DNA of 64,000 nucleotides from Sminthopsis crassicaudata (lineage: Eukaryota). The notes beneath the pieces were generated by a model. It saw nothing but the letters and a program-made list of their open reading frames with translations. It was not told the origin of the DNA and ran no database searches. Positions 53,335 to 64,000 of the stretch are shown one piece after another. Each line of letters starts with the position of its first letter. Positions within the stretch are counted from its first letter, which is position 1. The stretch covers positions 300,523,146 to 300,587,145 of the forward strand of contig NC_133621.1 in the NCBI RefSeq assembly GCF_048593235.1. The letters are read 5' to 3'. The position numbers and the translations under genes were made by a program.

Positions 53335-53530
53335 TAACAATTTGTAATGATTTTGCATAGCACTTTGCATAAAATATTTTATTTGATCCTTATAACAAAT
53401 CTGTGAGACAGGTACTGTTAATATCCCCATTTTACAGATGGGAAGTCTGAGGCTCAGGGAGGCTAAACTATTTCCTCAGTCACTCAGCTAATACATCTGA
53501 TGCAAGATTGGAACCCAGGTCTTCATGGCT
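53335..53530 (-). mobile_element. MIR fragment
   Basis: ccccattttacagatgggaagtctgaggctcagggaggctaaac...gattggaacccaggtcttc. Confidence 0.8.
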
Positions 53531-53764
53531 CCAAGTTAGGCGCTCTGTACACAAGAGCACCAGAAGAGTCTGGTATGGTGCTGGTACCGTGGGAGCCACA
53601 CTAAGCTGCAAGCCCCTTCAGTGCCGGAATGAGGATATCACTGTCAGCCACCCACAGACAGCCCTGTATCTCCTTCTTTCTCTTGTGTCTCCTTTCTTTC
53701 AAAGAATATGTTTTGTTCTGTGGTATATTCCAATCTATCATAACAAATGAGGTTCAAATAGGAA

Positions 53765-53949
53765 TAAGGAAAGGAAGGAGGGAGAGAGAGACACAGACCC
53801 AGAAAGACAGAGACAGTTGGGCAGAGAGAGGGAGGATGGAAAGAGTAAGGAAGGAATGGGGGAAGAGAAAGGGGGAACAGAGAGAGATACAGAGACATGG
53901 AGATGGAGACAGAGAGAAAAGAGAGACACAGAGACAGATGGAGAAACAA
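53765..53949. repeat. GA-rich low-complexity repeat running into an assembly gap
   Basis: gagagagacacagac / gagacagag units. Confidence 0.9.
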
Positions 53950-54144
53950 NNNNNNNNNNNNNNNNNNNNNNNNNNNNNNNNNNNNNNNNNNNNNNNNNNN
54001 NNNNNNNNNNNNNNNNNNNNNNNNNNNNNNNNNNNNNNNNNNNNNNNNNNNNNNNNNNNNNNNNNNNNNNNNNNNNNNNNNNNNNNNNNNNNNNNNNNNN
54101 NNNNNNNNNNNNNNNNNNNNNNNNNNNNNNNNNNNNNNNNNNNN
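53950..54144. other. Assembly gap (195 N)
   Basis: Run of N. Confidence 1.
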
Positions 54145-55339
54145 CAGAGAAGGATGCAGTATAATCAGTGCTATCAGCATTATTCCATTATTCCATCTTT
54201 GGCACGAACTATCTTTGGCAAGAAGGGCCCTTATACCAGCTCCTAACCCTGGTATCTTCTATCTGTCCCCAGTAAAGCTGGGGAGCTGGGAACTAAGTAA
54301 AACCTATCTCAAAAAGGAGGGTCATGAGGACATTCTATCAACTCTGAGCTACAGAAATGTTTGCTTGAAAAAAAAAGAATATAAAGTTTAAAAACATACT
54401 AGGGGGGAAGCGGATAGGGCTCAGTCAGTAGGTTTGCCCTGCTTGGGTGTTCATTTGTTTTGTCAATCACATTCTGCTCCCATTTTTAGACTCCTCAGCA
54501 TCCTATTTACCCACCATATCATGGTCTAAGTTTCTTCCCCTCGGCATTAGTACAGCAGCCAAACCTCTAAGGAAGTGCTCTCTTTTTCTTTTTCCTTCTT
54601 CATTCTGAAGCCTGGTGCTATTATCTCTTTTCTCTCAGCTCTACTCTGCTGGCACTTTATTTTTCCCCATTTTCCCTCCTGGGCTCATTTTTCTTCCTCC
54701 CACACCAAGCCTAGGAAGATGGGCTCTTCAAAGCCAGATAGTTTAAAATCTGAGATGGGGGAAACAATGTTTTTAAGGAGCTTCTACAATGTTCTTTTTA
54801 AGTAGTCTAAAATTTCAGTTTCCATTTTTGTAAAACATGACAGAAATGCTTATTGCCTATCCAAGGATGAGATGTGAATCCCAGTATTCTGATACTGGGG
54901 ATGATAAAACCAGAGATCTCTCATGTCATTTTCTCTTCACCCTCATTTCTCCTGAGCAGAACATGAGAGGGACCATTCTAGTCAACTCCTATGGCCTTTT
55001 GGGCCCTTGTCCTCCCAGCCTCTCTTGGGATCATTGATCTAAAGCAGAGGCTTGGAGGCCAACAAGGCCAGGCCTCTCAATGGGCAGATTCTGGGATCTC
55101 TCCCCACTGTTCATAGCCGTTGCCTCCTCTGAAGCCCATGTTGGCCCTCACAACAGTCCCCACTACAAAACTCACATCATTCAACCCCAGAAGTTGCCCC
55201 ACATCGCTATTTCTTAGGGCATCATCATGATCTTCATCACACTGGTTTGGCTCTCAGAATAAAGATGTCCCAGCCTTTACTTCTTCCTCACTCACAAGAC
55301 CTTGCTCTAGGTCAGGCCTTTAGTCTCTCTCCTCTGGAC

Positions 55340-55810
55340 TACTTTTTTAAAATAATGGCTTTTTATTTTTCCTAATACATCCAAAGATAGTTTTCAACAT
55401 TCACTTTTATTCTTTTTTATTTTTTGATGAGCCAATTGGAATTAAGTGACTTGCCCAGGGTCACACAGCCAGGAAGTGTTAAGTGTCTGAGACAAGGTTT
55501 GAACTCAGTTCCTCCTGTCTTCAGGGCTGGTGCTCTATCCACTGTGCCACCTAGCTGCCCCTCAACATTCACTTTTGCAAAACCTTGTATTTCAAATTTT
55601 TCTCCCTCCTTCTCCCATTCTTTAGTCAGCAAGCAATCCAATATAGATTAAACACATGTAATTCTTCTACACATATTTCCACATTCATCATGCTGCACAA
55701 GAAAAATCAAATCAAAGGGGAAAAAATAAACAACAACAAAAGGTGAAAATACTATGCTTTGATCCACATTCAGCCTCCATAGTTCTCTCTCTAGATGTAG
55801 ATGGCTTTTT
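55340..55810 (-). mobile_element. L1 3' end (inverted), host of the SINE at 55409-55561
   Basis: ttttttattttt-cctaatacatccaaagatagttttcaacattcacttttgcaaaacc...caatccaatatagattaaacacatg. Confidence 0.85.
55409..55561 (-). mobile_element. WSINE1-like CORE-SINE with perfect 15-bp TSD, inserted in an L1 3' end
   Basis: Reverse complement starts GGGGCAGCTAGGTGGCACAGTGGATAGAGCACC. TSD tcaacattcactttt at 55394-55408 and 55562-55576. Confidence 0.93.
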
Positions 55811-57607
55811 GCTTCTCAAGTTGTGGACTACTTTTAAAAGCTTCCTTACTCATCTCCTTGCAACCAGTTTCCCCTTCTTTAGCCATCCTCCACAAAGGTG
55901 TCAAAATAAACTTCCTAAATAAAATACAAATTTCTTGGCATATCATTTAAATCCCTTCACAACCTGATTTCCACTTAAGTTTGCACATGAAGTCCAGCCC
56001 ACATCATATCAAAGAACCCTCCAATTATGATCCAGAAGCCTAAATTCAAGTAGGCACTGTTGATGCCTTTGGCCATTCTGTTCCCAAGCTCTACCCCTCT
56101 GTGACATTTCCTATGCACTGCCTCCTAAATGCCACCTCTCCAGAGATGCTTTTATTCCTTCAAGGATTCCCTCCGTGGAGGCTTCTCTGACCTCCCCTTG
56201 CCTCCAGAACTGATAGCTCTATACTTCCTCCAATCACTTTGTTTTGTTGAAAGACCCAAGACCTCGCTTGACCTACCTGTCCCCTGTGAGAGCAGTTTCA
56301 TATAAACCTGACACAGAGACATAAACATAGTTAGTACTTAACAAATGTACTTAAACTATGGCACAGTGGGGAAAAAAAAAAACATACTCTGGAATCTACC
56401 AGAGGGTCTGGATTCAAATTGTGCCCCATTTGGTCTGCGTTTCTGTGACCCCAAAGAAGTTACCTAACTTATTTATCCATTTCTTTTTTAATCCTTGATA
56501 AAATGGAGGTCTCTGAGAGGGACTCTGAGGTACCTTCCAGCACCACACAGGAAAATCCCATAAATCCTTGTAAACCTAACTAGAAATGGGCTGGTGAGTT
56601 GTCCTAGAAACATACCCCAAATAGTATTTTTGAGCCTTATCTTCCAAATATTTAAGGTAACGAATCATTCTCTCCTCACAGACTCAACAGGACCCTCCCA
56701 GCAACAACAACCAGAAATCCCATAGCCCTGCACTAATACTGCCCTCATATTATACAATAATGTATTCCAACAAAGCTGGCAATTAAGGAAAAACTATTTT
56801 CCTACTAGATTCCATCATAAATTACAAACTATTAAAATTACAAGAAATATCATATATTGCTTTAAATAAACTAATTTACAGAATTATCAGTCTGAGAAAT
56901 TTATGAAGCATATCATTAATTCATTGTATTGTGGTTAAGCACATCATATGTCAGACAGCAACAAAATATGATATTGCAACCTACCTCTATTAGATGCTAT
57001 TAATATTCAGAAAAAACCCATGCCCAAAGTCCAGAGAATTTTCTTTTATTCTTCTTTTGTGTAAAGCCAGCCCACCTGGGAAAATTTGGGAATGACTTAG
57101 CTAACAAAACTGCAGCTGAAATCAAAAAGAGGGTGGATGCCTATGTATATTTATAAGCAATGTATACTAACCTCAGTCTCAGGAATGAGAGCCAGAGGAC
57201 ACTTAAAGGTTATCTAGTCCAAATCCCTTATCTTACAGAAGGCCTAGAGACATTCCTTCTCACTCTCCCTCCACGTCCTGCTATGTCGCACTCTATTCAC
57301 ACTGGGTATTGGCATATGGATTAATTTGGTAGCTTCTAGTCTAAAGGAAATTTGCTCGAAGTATATATTTGTATTCAAGAGAAGTTCAATAAAACAACAA
57401 ATATGAGTAGTAAATCAATCTCTTTCCCTCTGTGTATCCTCTTTACTTTTGTCCTTCGTACCTGAACCTGCCGTTTTGATACTTATACATATTTCCACAT
57501 ATTGCTTATATATGCATGTAATTTTTTTTATTTTTTATCTACATGTATTTTTTAAACATGGGTGTCCCCCGTCCCAGTGCAGTCCGACTACCTTTCCAGA
57601 TACGCAC

Positions 57608-57853
57608 TTGTGAGGTGCAGCCTTGAGATCTTGAGAAGTTTGCGCGAGTTCTCAGAAGCAGGAGGGTCTGATGCCATGTTAGGGCTTGGTAAGTGAGTCG
57701 GCGAGTGGCCGGCACCAGGCAATCTCTTAGGAAACGTCATGGAGTAGGATGTTCGCCGTCTAGTCCAACATGCCACCTCCCGCTCTTTATGCAGCAGCTG
57801 CTCATCCATCAGCAAAGTGATGATTTGCTTAGATTTTTCCCGGATGTAGTAAC
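57608..57853 (-). CDS. ENTHD1: ENTHD1 internal coding exon (equivalent to human exon 3; end of ENTH domain plus linker), 246 nt, phase 1/1
   Basis: Acceptor tttatcag|GTTAC and donor CAA|gtgcgt. Translates (G)YYIREKSKQIITLLMDEQLLHKEREVACWTRRRTSYSMTFPKRLPG...SRLHLT, closely matching recalled human ENTHD1 GYYIREKSKQVITLLMDEPLLCKEREVACRTRQRTS. One codon longer than the recalled human 243-nt exon. Confidence 0.95.
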
Positions 57854-59204
57854 CTGATAAACATAGTGGATTGCTTAGAGAAGGAAATAGTCAATGATTT
57901 TATAATAGTTTTTCCTTTCAGAGACAAGAAAACTAAGACTATGACTACTAAAATGATCACAATCACCAGATACCAGACTAAAGTGATAAAAAAAAAAATT
58001 ACCTGCCTGCTGTTTATACCATCTGACTTATTAAGGGGGGAAACCTAATGTCTGTATCTCAAGCTGATAAAGTTTGCATTATTTTGTTCTATTACAGCAA
58101 GTAAAAATATTTTGTGAGTCAGCTTTTATCCATCTACAATGATGGAGCATTGTCCTACACTGTTGGCATAACATTCTGTTTGACTTTCTGCCATAAAAGT
58201 GAGTTGTAACTTTCAAGATTCAAATCCCAGAGGAAAATATTTCCCCCGAAACAGGGGTACAGTAGCACCTTAAAGGAATAGAAGGAGTCCCTAAGGACCC
58301 ACTACATTTGTCTGGGATGCTCCAAGAGTAATGAGAGTGTTCAAGGCTGCCAGCTAAAGGAAAAGCAATTCTTTCCCAAAGGCAATCATGCCATAAAAGG
58401 TTGTTCTCCCCTCCTAAAACAGAGCATATTAGTTTCCAAGCATGAAGGGGAAATCAAACAGATTGCTCCTCAAAGTCGATAACACCAAAATGTATGTCAG
58501 GATCCATGGGCAGATTCCCTTATCCAGCTACACCAAAGCAATAACTCAAAGCTTGGTGAACAAGATATGAAAAAGTTATCAAAAGATATTGAAGCCCAGA
58601 TTTTGAAGTAGCTGTGAAGTGGGAGATTTGGATACCAAGTAGGAAAAGTGAACAGAAGAAAAAGAAAAAACAGTCTCAGAATAAGAATAAATTATCATTG
58701 TGGTATAGTGAACTGGACTTCAGAGTATAGACAATCTGGCTTCAAATACAGATTCAGACACTGATTTACTGTGTGACCCTACAGCTATAAAAGAAGGGGG
58801 TGGAGTCACAGCCTCTAAAATTCTTTCCAGCTCAAGATCCATGATTCAATCTTAGTCTATCTCAATCTTGGAAGAGCTGGAGAATGTCATCTTAATCCAA
58901 AGGGCCCAAACCCATCCTTGAAAATAACAAGAGAATGTGAATAAATAAGACTTGAGCCCACTGGGCTTCCCACTTCCGAGGTAGAAAAGACATAAGGAAA
59001 AGAAGAGAAAAGCTATCTTCTTTTGGAAAGGATTATACAGCAAAAGGTTTAAGAAACAATGGAGGCTGGGATTTTTTGTACACAGGCACATTTCCAAAAA
59101 ACCATAAAATCTAAGAATTAAAAGGAAAGCTTGAGCTTCTTGAGCCTGGGAACTGACAGATTATGGAAAGTACAGACATGTCAATATTCACTTCCTTATT
59201 ATGA

Positions 59205-59700
59205 ATGAAAGCACAAGACCTAGTAACTACAAGGGTGGCTTATAGACTCTCCTCCAAGATGCAAAGAGAGGACGGATGGAGTTTCTTCCCACATAATGGG
59301 TCATTTTGCCTTACAGTGCTCCTAATGAGCAAAAATTCCAAGGAAGCTACACAGATAACAGCAGCTTGTTTGCCAACATCTGTGGCAGAAAATAAAGAGA
59401 AAAGTTCTCTGAAGAACTTGCCAAGATCCTCCAATGTATACATTGATGGTTTGATACAAAGTTTGGCACAGAAAAAGATAGCAAAAAATATTGGAAAATA
59501 TGGTTTAGGATTACAAAATGAAAGAGCACAGAAAATGGTGGGCTACTCGGAGCTCGTGAATACTTTCTCCAGAAGGAGTAGAAAAATATTTGACGTGGCG
59601 GGCAACCAACACCACCACAAACAGTGACGCCGACAGATGACAGATATCAGAGTCACCAGTTACAGCAAACTAGGAGAAAGCTTACAGGTAAGAAGACACT
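59205..59700 (+). mobile_element. Ancient RTE-clade LINE AP-endonuclease remnant
   Basis: ORF 59205..59627 contains TQITAACLPTSVAENKE (cf. IQVYAPTS.AEDEE) and IGKYGLGLQNERAQKMVGYSELVNTFS (cf. GKFGLG.RNERGERL....L.NTFF). Confidence 0.75.
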
Positions 59701-61329
59701 GTTTTTGAGAAGGTTCTGGGGGCAGCTGAGTGGACTGAAAGCTCAAGAAGATTCAGTCATGAAATGTTGCAGCCAAAAAAGACCTGATGTAGGGTATCCC
59801 CGGGAAGGGCAGAGTTTCTGGGAATAGCAAAATAATCGCCCTGTTGTTTGAGCTCTTGCCTGCTCAGAACTCCCCTGGAAAGAGGCGCCCAGTTCTGGGC
59901 TCCACGGTTTAACCACGGACAGTGTCCAGATGATGCCCTTTGGTTCATGACAGTGAACAGCAGCTGATGGCACAGGGCAAGTTTAGCCAGGAGTTCTGGC
60001 GTGACCGCTGTTTTCTAGTATCCATCACATAGAAGAGGGATTGGCCTCAGAGGGCAGAGTCAAAGCAATGGGCACAAACAGCAATGAGGCCAACTGGACT
60101 TGATTCAGAAAACAACTTCCCAAGTATTCAAGCTGTCGGAAAAGAGACGACTTGTCTCAAGAGACCATCTGTCACTCACACTGGAGACCTTCGGGCAGAG
60201 GCCCATGACCGCTTGTCGAGGCCAGGGAAGGCTTTTGTGTACGACGGCAGCTTAGGCCCCTTCCAGCTCTCACGTTCTGTGACTCTGCAGTGCCAGCCTC
60301 ACATCCAGCAAGCTGCCAAGCAGGAAATGGACAAGGGAAAGAACCTGCTTCCCACTAATGTGGTGGGTGGAGACTGAGGATGAGAGCTTGAATTCTTGCT
60401 CAGCATCTTTCTACCAGGGACCTCCGGAAAATCACAATCTCCACAGGCTTCAATTTCCTCTGGGCAGGAGGAGAGCCCAGGACAAAAGGACCGCTGACAT
60501 TCCTTCTAGCTCCAGAACTCTGATCACATGATAATCGTGTCCTATAGACATTTAACTTCTGTAAAGCAACTGCCACAACAAGGTGGCCAGAGAAGCCCAG
60601 AAACCTTCTGGGCTAACCAACAGTTAACCAACTAACCAGCTAACCAACTCCTGAGCAAGCAGTAAGACATAGGAGCCAAAGGTAAAATCAGTTGAGAATA
60701 AAAGCTCAAAGTTTCAAAATGGTGCCAGGGGATGGTGGGAAACTACAAGCATCATCATCCCACAAAGCAAGAATTAAAGTACATAGGAAAGTAAATCTGA
60801 ATTTGGATGGAACAATGGAACAGAGTTGCCGGCATTTTAATAATAATCTATTTTCACATGAAAGTAGACTCAACCTATCAAGAATCTAGTATCTCAGGCC
60901 TTGATATGCTTTCTATGTGGAAAATGCAATAGTACTCTAGAGCCTGGAGTCAGAGGGAGACTGAACTAGACCAAGAATACACAGAAGAAATCTGTATTGG
61001 AGTTGACATTGTCTAAAGCCCTGAAGTGCTTTTCAAGATACCTAAAAGTGAGGAAGAAATGAAATGTTTGGGGGAAAAACCACAGACATAACCAAAAAAG
61101 TGATAGAGAAAGTATCTGCTTTACTAATCTGTAACATTTCCATTTTCTAACTTCTAATCCATGCACATATGGATAATATATATTTTAAATGAAAATATGA
61201 GAAGAAAACAGGACTTTTTCTGTATCCTTTCATTTTTACCCATAATTTTTGTTCTTATATCACAATCAGAATAAATGCCTGAAATATTAACTAAAATTTT
61301 CAAAAATTAATAAAAATTGTTTTAGTAGT

Positions 61330-61565
61330 TTTTTTTTTAGTCATGTCTGATTCTTTGTCACTCCCATTTGGAGTTTTCTTCTCAAAGATACTGGAGAGCC
61401 ATTTTCTTCTCTAACTCATTTTACAGATAGAGAAATTGAGGCAAACAGGTGACTTGCCCAGAGTCACATGGCTAGTAAGTATTTGAGGCTATATTTGATT
61501 TCAGGAAGATGAGTTTTTCTGATTCCAAGCCCAGCATTCTATTAATTGTACCACCTAGCTGCCCA
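61330..61565 (-). mobile_element. Mar1-type CORE-SINE
   Basis: catgtctgattctttgtcactcccatttggagttttcttctcaaagatactggag...gcaaacaggtgacttgcccagagtcacatggctagtaag...ccacctagctgccc. Confidence 0.88.
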
Positions 61566-62579
61566 CTAATAAAAATAAAATATCATTCATGAAAGGCACC
61601 TAAAGTTATCAAAATTAACTAATTCATCAAAGAAAACCAGTGCTTTAGTGCTTTAAACAATCCATGATCTCATGAATGTGGGATGGATTTTAAATAGCCT
61701 TACTTTTTCATCCTGTGTCTCTTATCAACTTCCACATAGGATTCTACCTCACTGATGAGGGCCTCTCCCTCATTATAGAGGTATGTGTTTTCCCTTTTCC
61801 CCATGCCCCAGTTCATTCCCAGTTAACCAACAAACTTGAATCTTTTTCTGTTTAGTATAGCTAGTTAGAAAAGAGCTGGATTTGGATTCAGGGAATCTCT
61901 TCCACTCATGATTAGGCCTCCCTGGGTTTTCATTTCCTTGACCATCATAACTTTGGGATTCAACTGGATGATTTCCGTAGTCCCTTCCTGCTCCAAATCT
62001 ATGTAAATAATTTTGTTTTCTTGCTGCCATTGATAGCTTTTGGGCCACTTTATATGTCTCTTCATTGCTTTTTATATAACCAGAAATTTAGAATCCTCAG
62101 AAATTGTTCCATCTCCTAATATATAAATAGATTGTCAATGGCATTACCTTAGTTTTAACGATGGGATTTTTTTGTGGACAGAATCTTGGGAGTCACAGTG
62201 CAATTTCTCCAGTACAACACACTGTTCTCTTTTCCTTCTAGTCTAGGCCTAGATCTATTGTTCAAACTGAGACTCGTCAAAGACCTTGGCTTAATAAGGC
62301 CAAGATCTTCCACTACATCTGGGGCCAGCTCTAGTTGTCCTGAGCTATGTCTTGCCATTGGACCCAGATGGCTCCAGAGAAGAGAGAGAGGCTCAGTGAC
62401 TTCGCACAGCCCTCCCTCACTTAAATCCGACTCATTTGAATGTCATGATCTCACCTCCATGATATCATGGCCTTCTTCAAGAAGGAAGGACAAACAACAG
62501 GTCCTGGCTCACTATGCAGGGTCCCAGTTTTATGGTCAACATATCCAACCACATTTCAGAGGCTAGGCAATCATCTTCA

Positions 62580-62830
62580 TCTTCACTTGTCGGATGGAAT
62601 CTCCTGTGCAGTTAAGTAAGCTAAGCTTTTGTGAATGAATTTGGATGTCATTTAAGAGTTTATACACGATATCCCAGCATAATGTCATCTGCATATTGGA
62701 GCTTATGGAGGACAGGCAATGCCTTTGTGAAGTGGACTTTGCTTGTCATACACCTTTGACAAGCCTAAAGCTAAACTGACATCAATAATCAAAAGACCAA
62801 ACAGCATTTATCTTTGTTGTTGCATCTATC
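62580..62830 (-). mobile_element. LINE RT remnant (probably RTE clade)
   Basis: Reverse complement encodes LHKLQYADDIML (YADD motif). Confidence 0.5.
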
Positions 62831-64000
62831 AAGAAATTGCATGTGATCTTAACATATATAGAGGAAAGCTTTTCAGGTGGCATTTTGTTTAACTGAATCA
62901 AATAATTTTTTATGGGTAGGACCTTATATTCCCTGAACTTTTCAGTCAATTGTGAAGAAATATGATCTGCTGTTCACTAAAACCTCTCTCTTCCTTTTTC
63001 ATATTCTGATCAAGCGTTTCCTCAATATGTATGCAAATTATTCTGACAAAGATGGCAAAGTAGCCAGATAAAGCAATAGTATTAGCAGATTCTCAATCAC
63101 CTTTTTTTGATAGGATTAGTCATGATTTTTTTTCACATTGTTCAATATCTATGCCAAGGTTCATTGAGAGCTATGTAGTAGGGGTAAATGAGTAGGGAAG
63201 GAGACCTAGGAGATTTGTTGTTGCAATAAATAGAATTTATTGTTTCATATATCTTGAGAATGAATTCCTCAATGCTTGATTTCAAAAATATGTTGCCTCC
63301 AGAAAGACCTCGCTTTCACTTGAGCTGATCCAGCTGAGTCTCCCATCTTTCTTGCTTTGGTATCACTTCTACTTGTTCATACACAAATAAAAATAAATAT
63401 TTTACAAGACTAGAAAATGTAGAACTATGATCACCTTTACCATACCCCCATCGTATTCCCACTGGATAAGCAGTCATCTCCAAACTTTAGCAATTGAGTT
63501 CAAATCTCAAGTCATCCTGTACCTTTAATTTTCTATGCAAAGTAATTCCTTTACTTTGGAGTTTTTTGCATTTTTTTTTCTGTCTTTCTAACACACATGT
63601 CTCTTTCTGGACATTTTTGAACTTCAAAGTTCATTTCAATCTTCTCAAAAAGAAGATAAAGCACATACATTCAGAGACTGAGATATTCAGAACTGGATTA
63701 GCATTATAGCTCCTGGGGTATCTATGATAGTTAACTGTCTATGATAACTAGGTGTCTAACTATTATAGGTAAATTAGCCTAGTTTCCCTCAGTTTACTCT
63801 TCTGTTCCCAACTTAATGGATTGTTACAGCTATGTTGTCAACCAGGAATACTCAACACATAAAAACACACATCATGTTCCATTTTTGTAGACATACAGAC
63901 CAGCAAGAAACTGCTAGCCTCGTGGACACTGGAACATTGTCATAATTTAAGAGGACAATTGTGAGAGGGCAATTCAACTAGTGGAAAAAGAAAAAGCTAG

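Noticed and set aside
53629-54391. Long ORFs of 115-205 aa
   Set aside because: Artefacts of GA repeats and the N gap.
57588-57815. ORF-track call as a stand-alone 75-aa ORF
   Set aside because: It is part of an ENTHD1 exon: the TTG start is internal and the C-terminal SAYLER reads into the intron.
1-64000. CRISPR arrays, operons or a novel multi-gene system
   Set aside because: The sequence is marsupial intronic DNA. The only direct repeats are microsatellites, TSDs and two-copy tandem duplications without spacers.

Overview
AT-rich, repeat-dense mammalian genomic DNA. The SINE and L1 types indicate a marsupial, most likely a dasyurid such as Tasmanian devil (inference). The window lies inside the minus-strand gene ENTHD1. 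Three internal coding exons were located with splice sites (57853-57608, 44695-44577, 24039-23919) and splice into one open frame; the start-codon exon and the 3' exons were not found and probably lie outside the window. The rest is intron filled with L1, L2, CR1/L3 and RTE LINE remnants, CORE-SINEs (MIR/Mar1, WSINE1-like), a solo LTR, hAT MITEs, a 7SL pseudogene, microsatellites and two assembly gaps. Nearly all ORFs in the supplied track are spurious or transposon-derived. I found no evidence for a novel multi-gene system. The best second-look items are a ~120-bp inverted local copy, a ~40-bp locally templated insertion, a candidate poison exon and competing splice donors in ENTHD1. Repeat family names are from recalled consensus motifs, repeat boundaries are approximate, and human comparisons are from memory, not from a database search.
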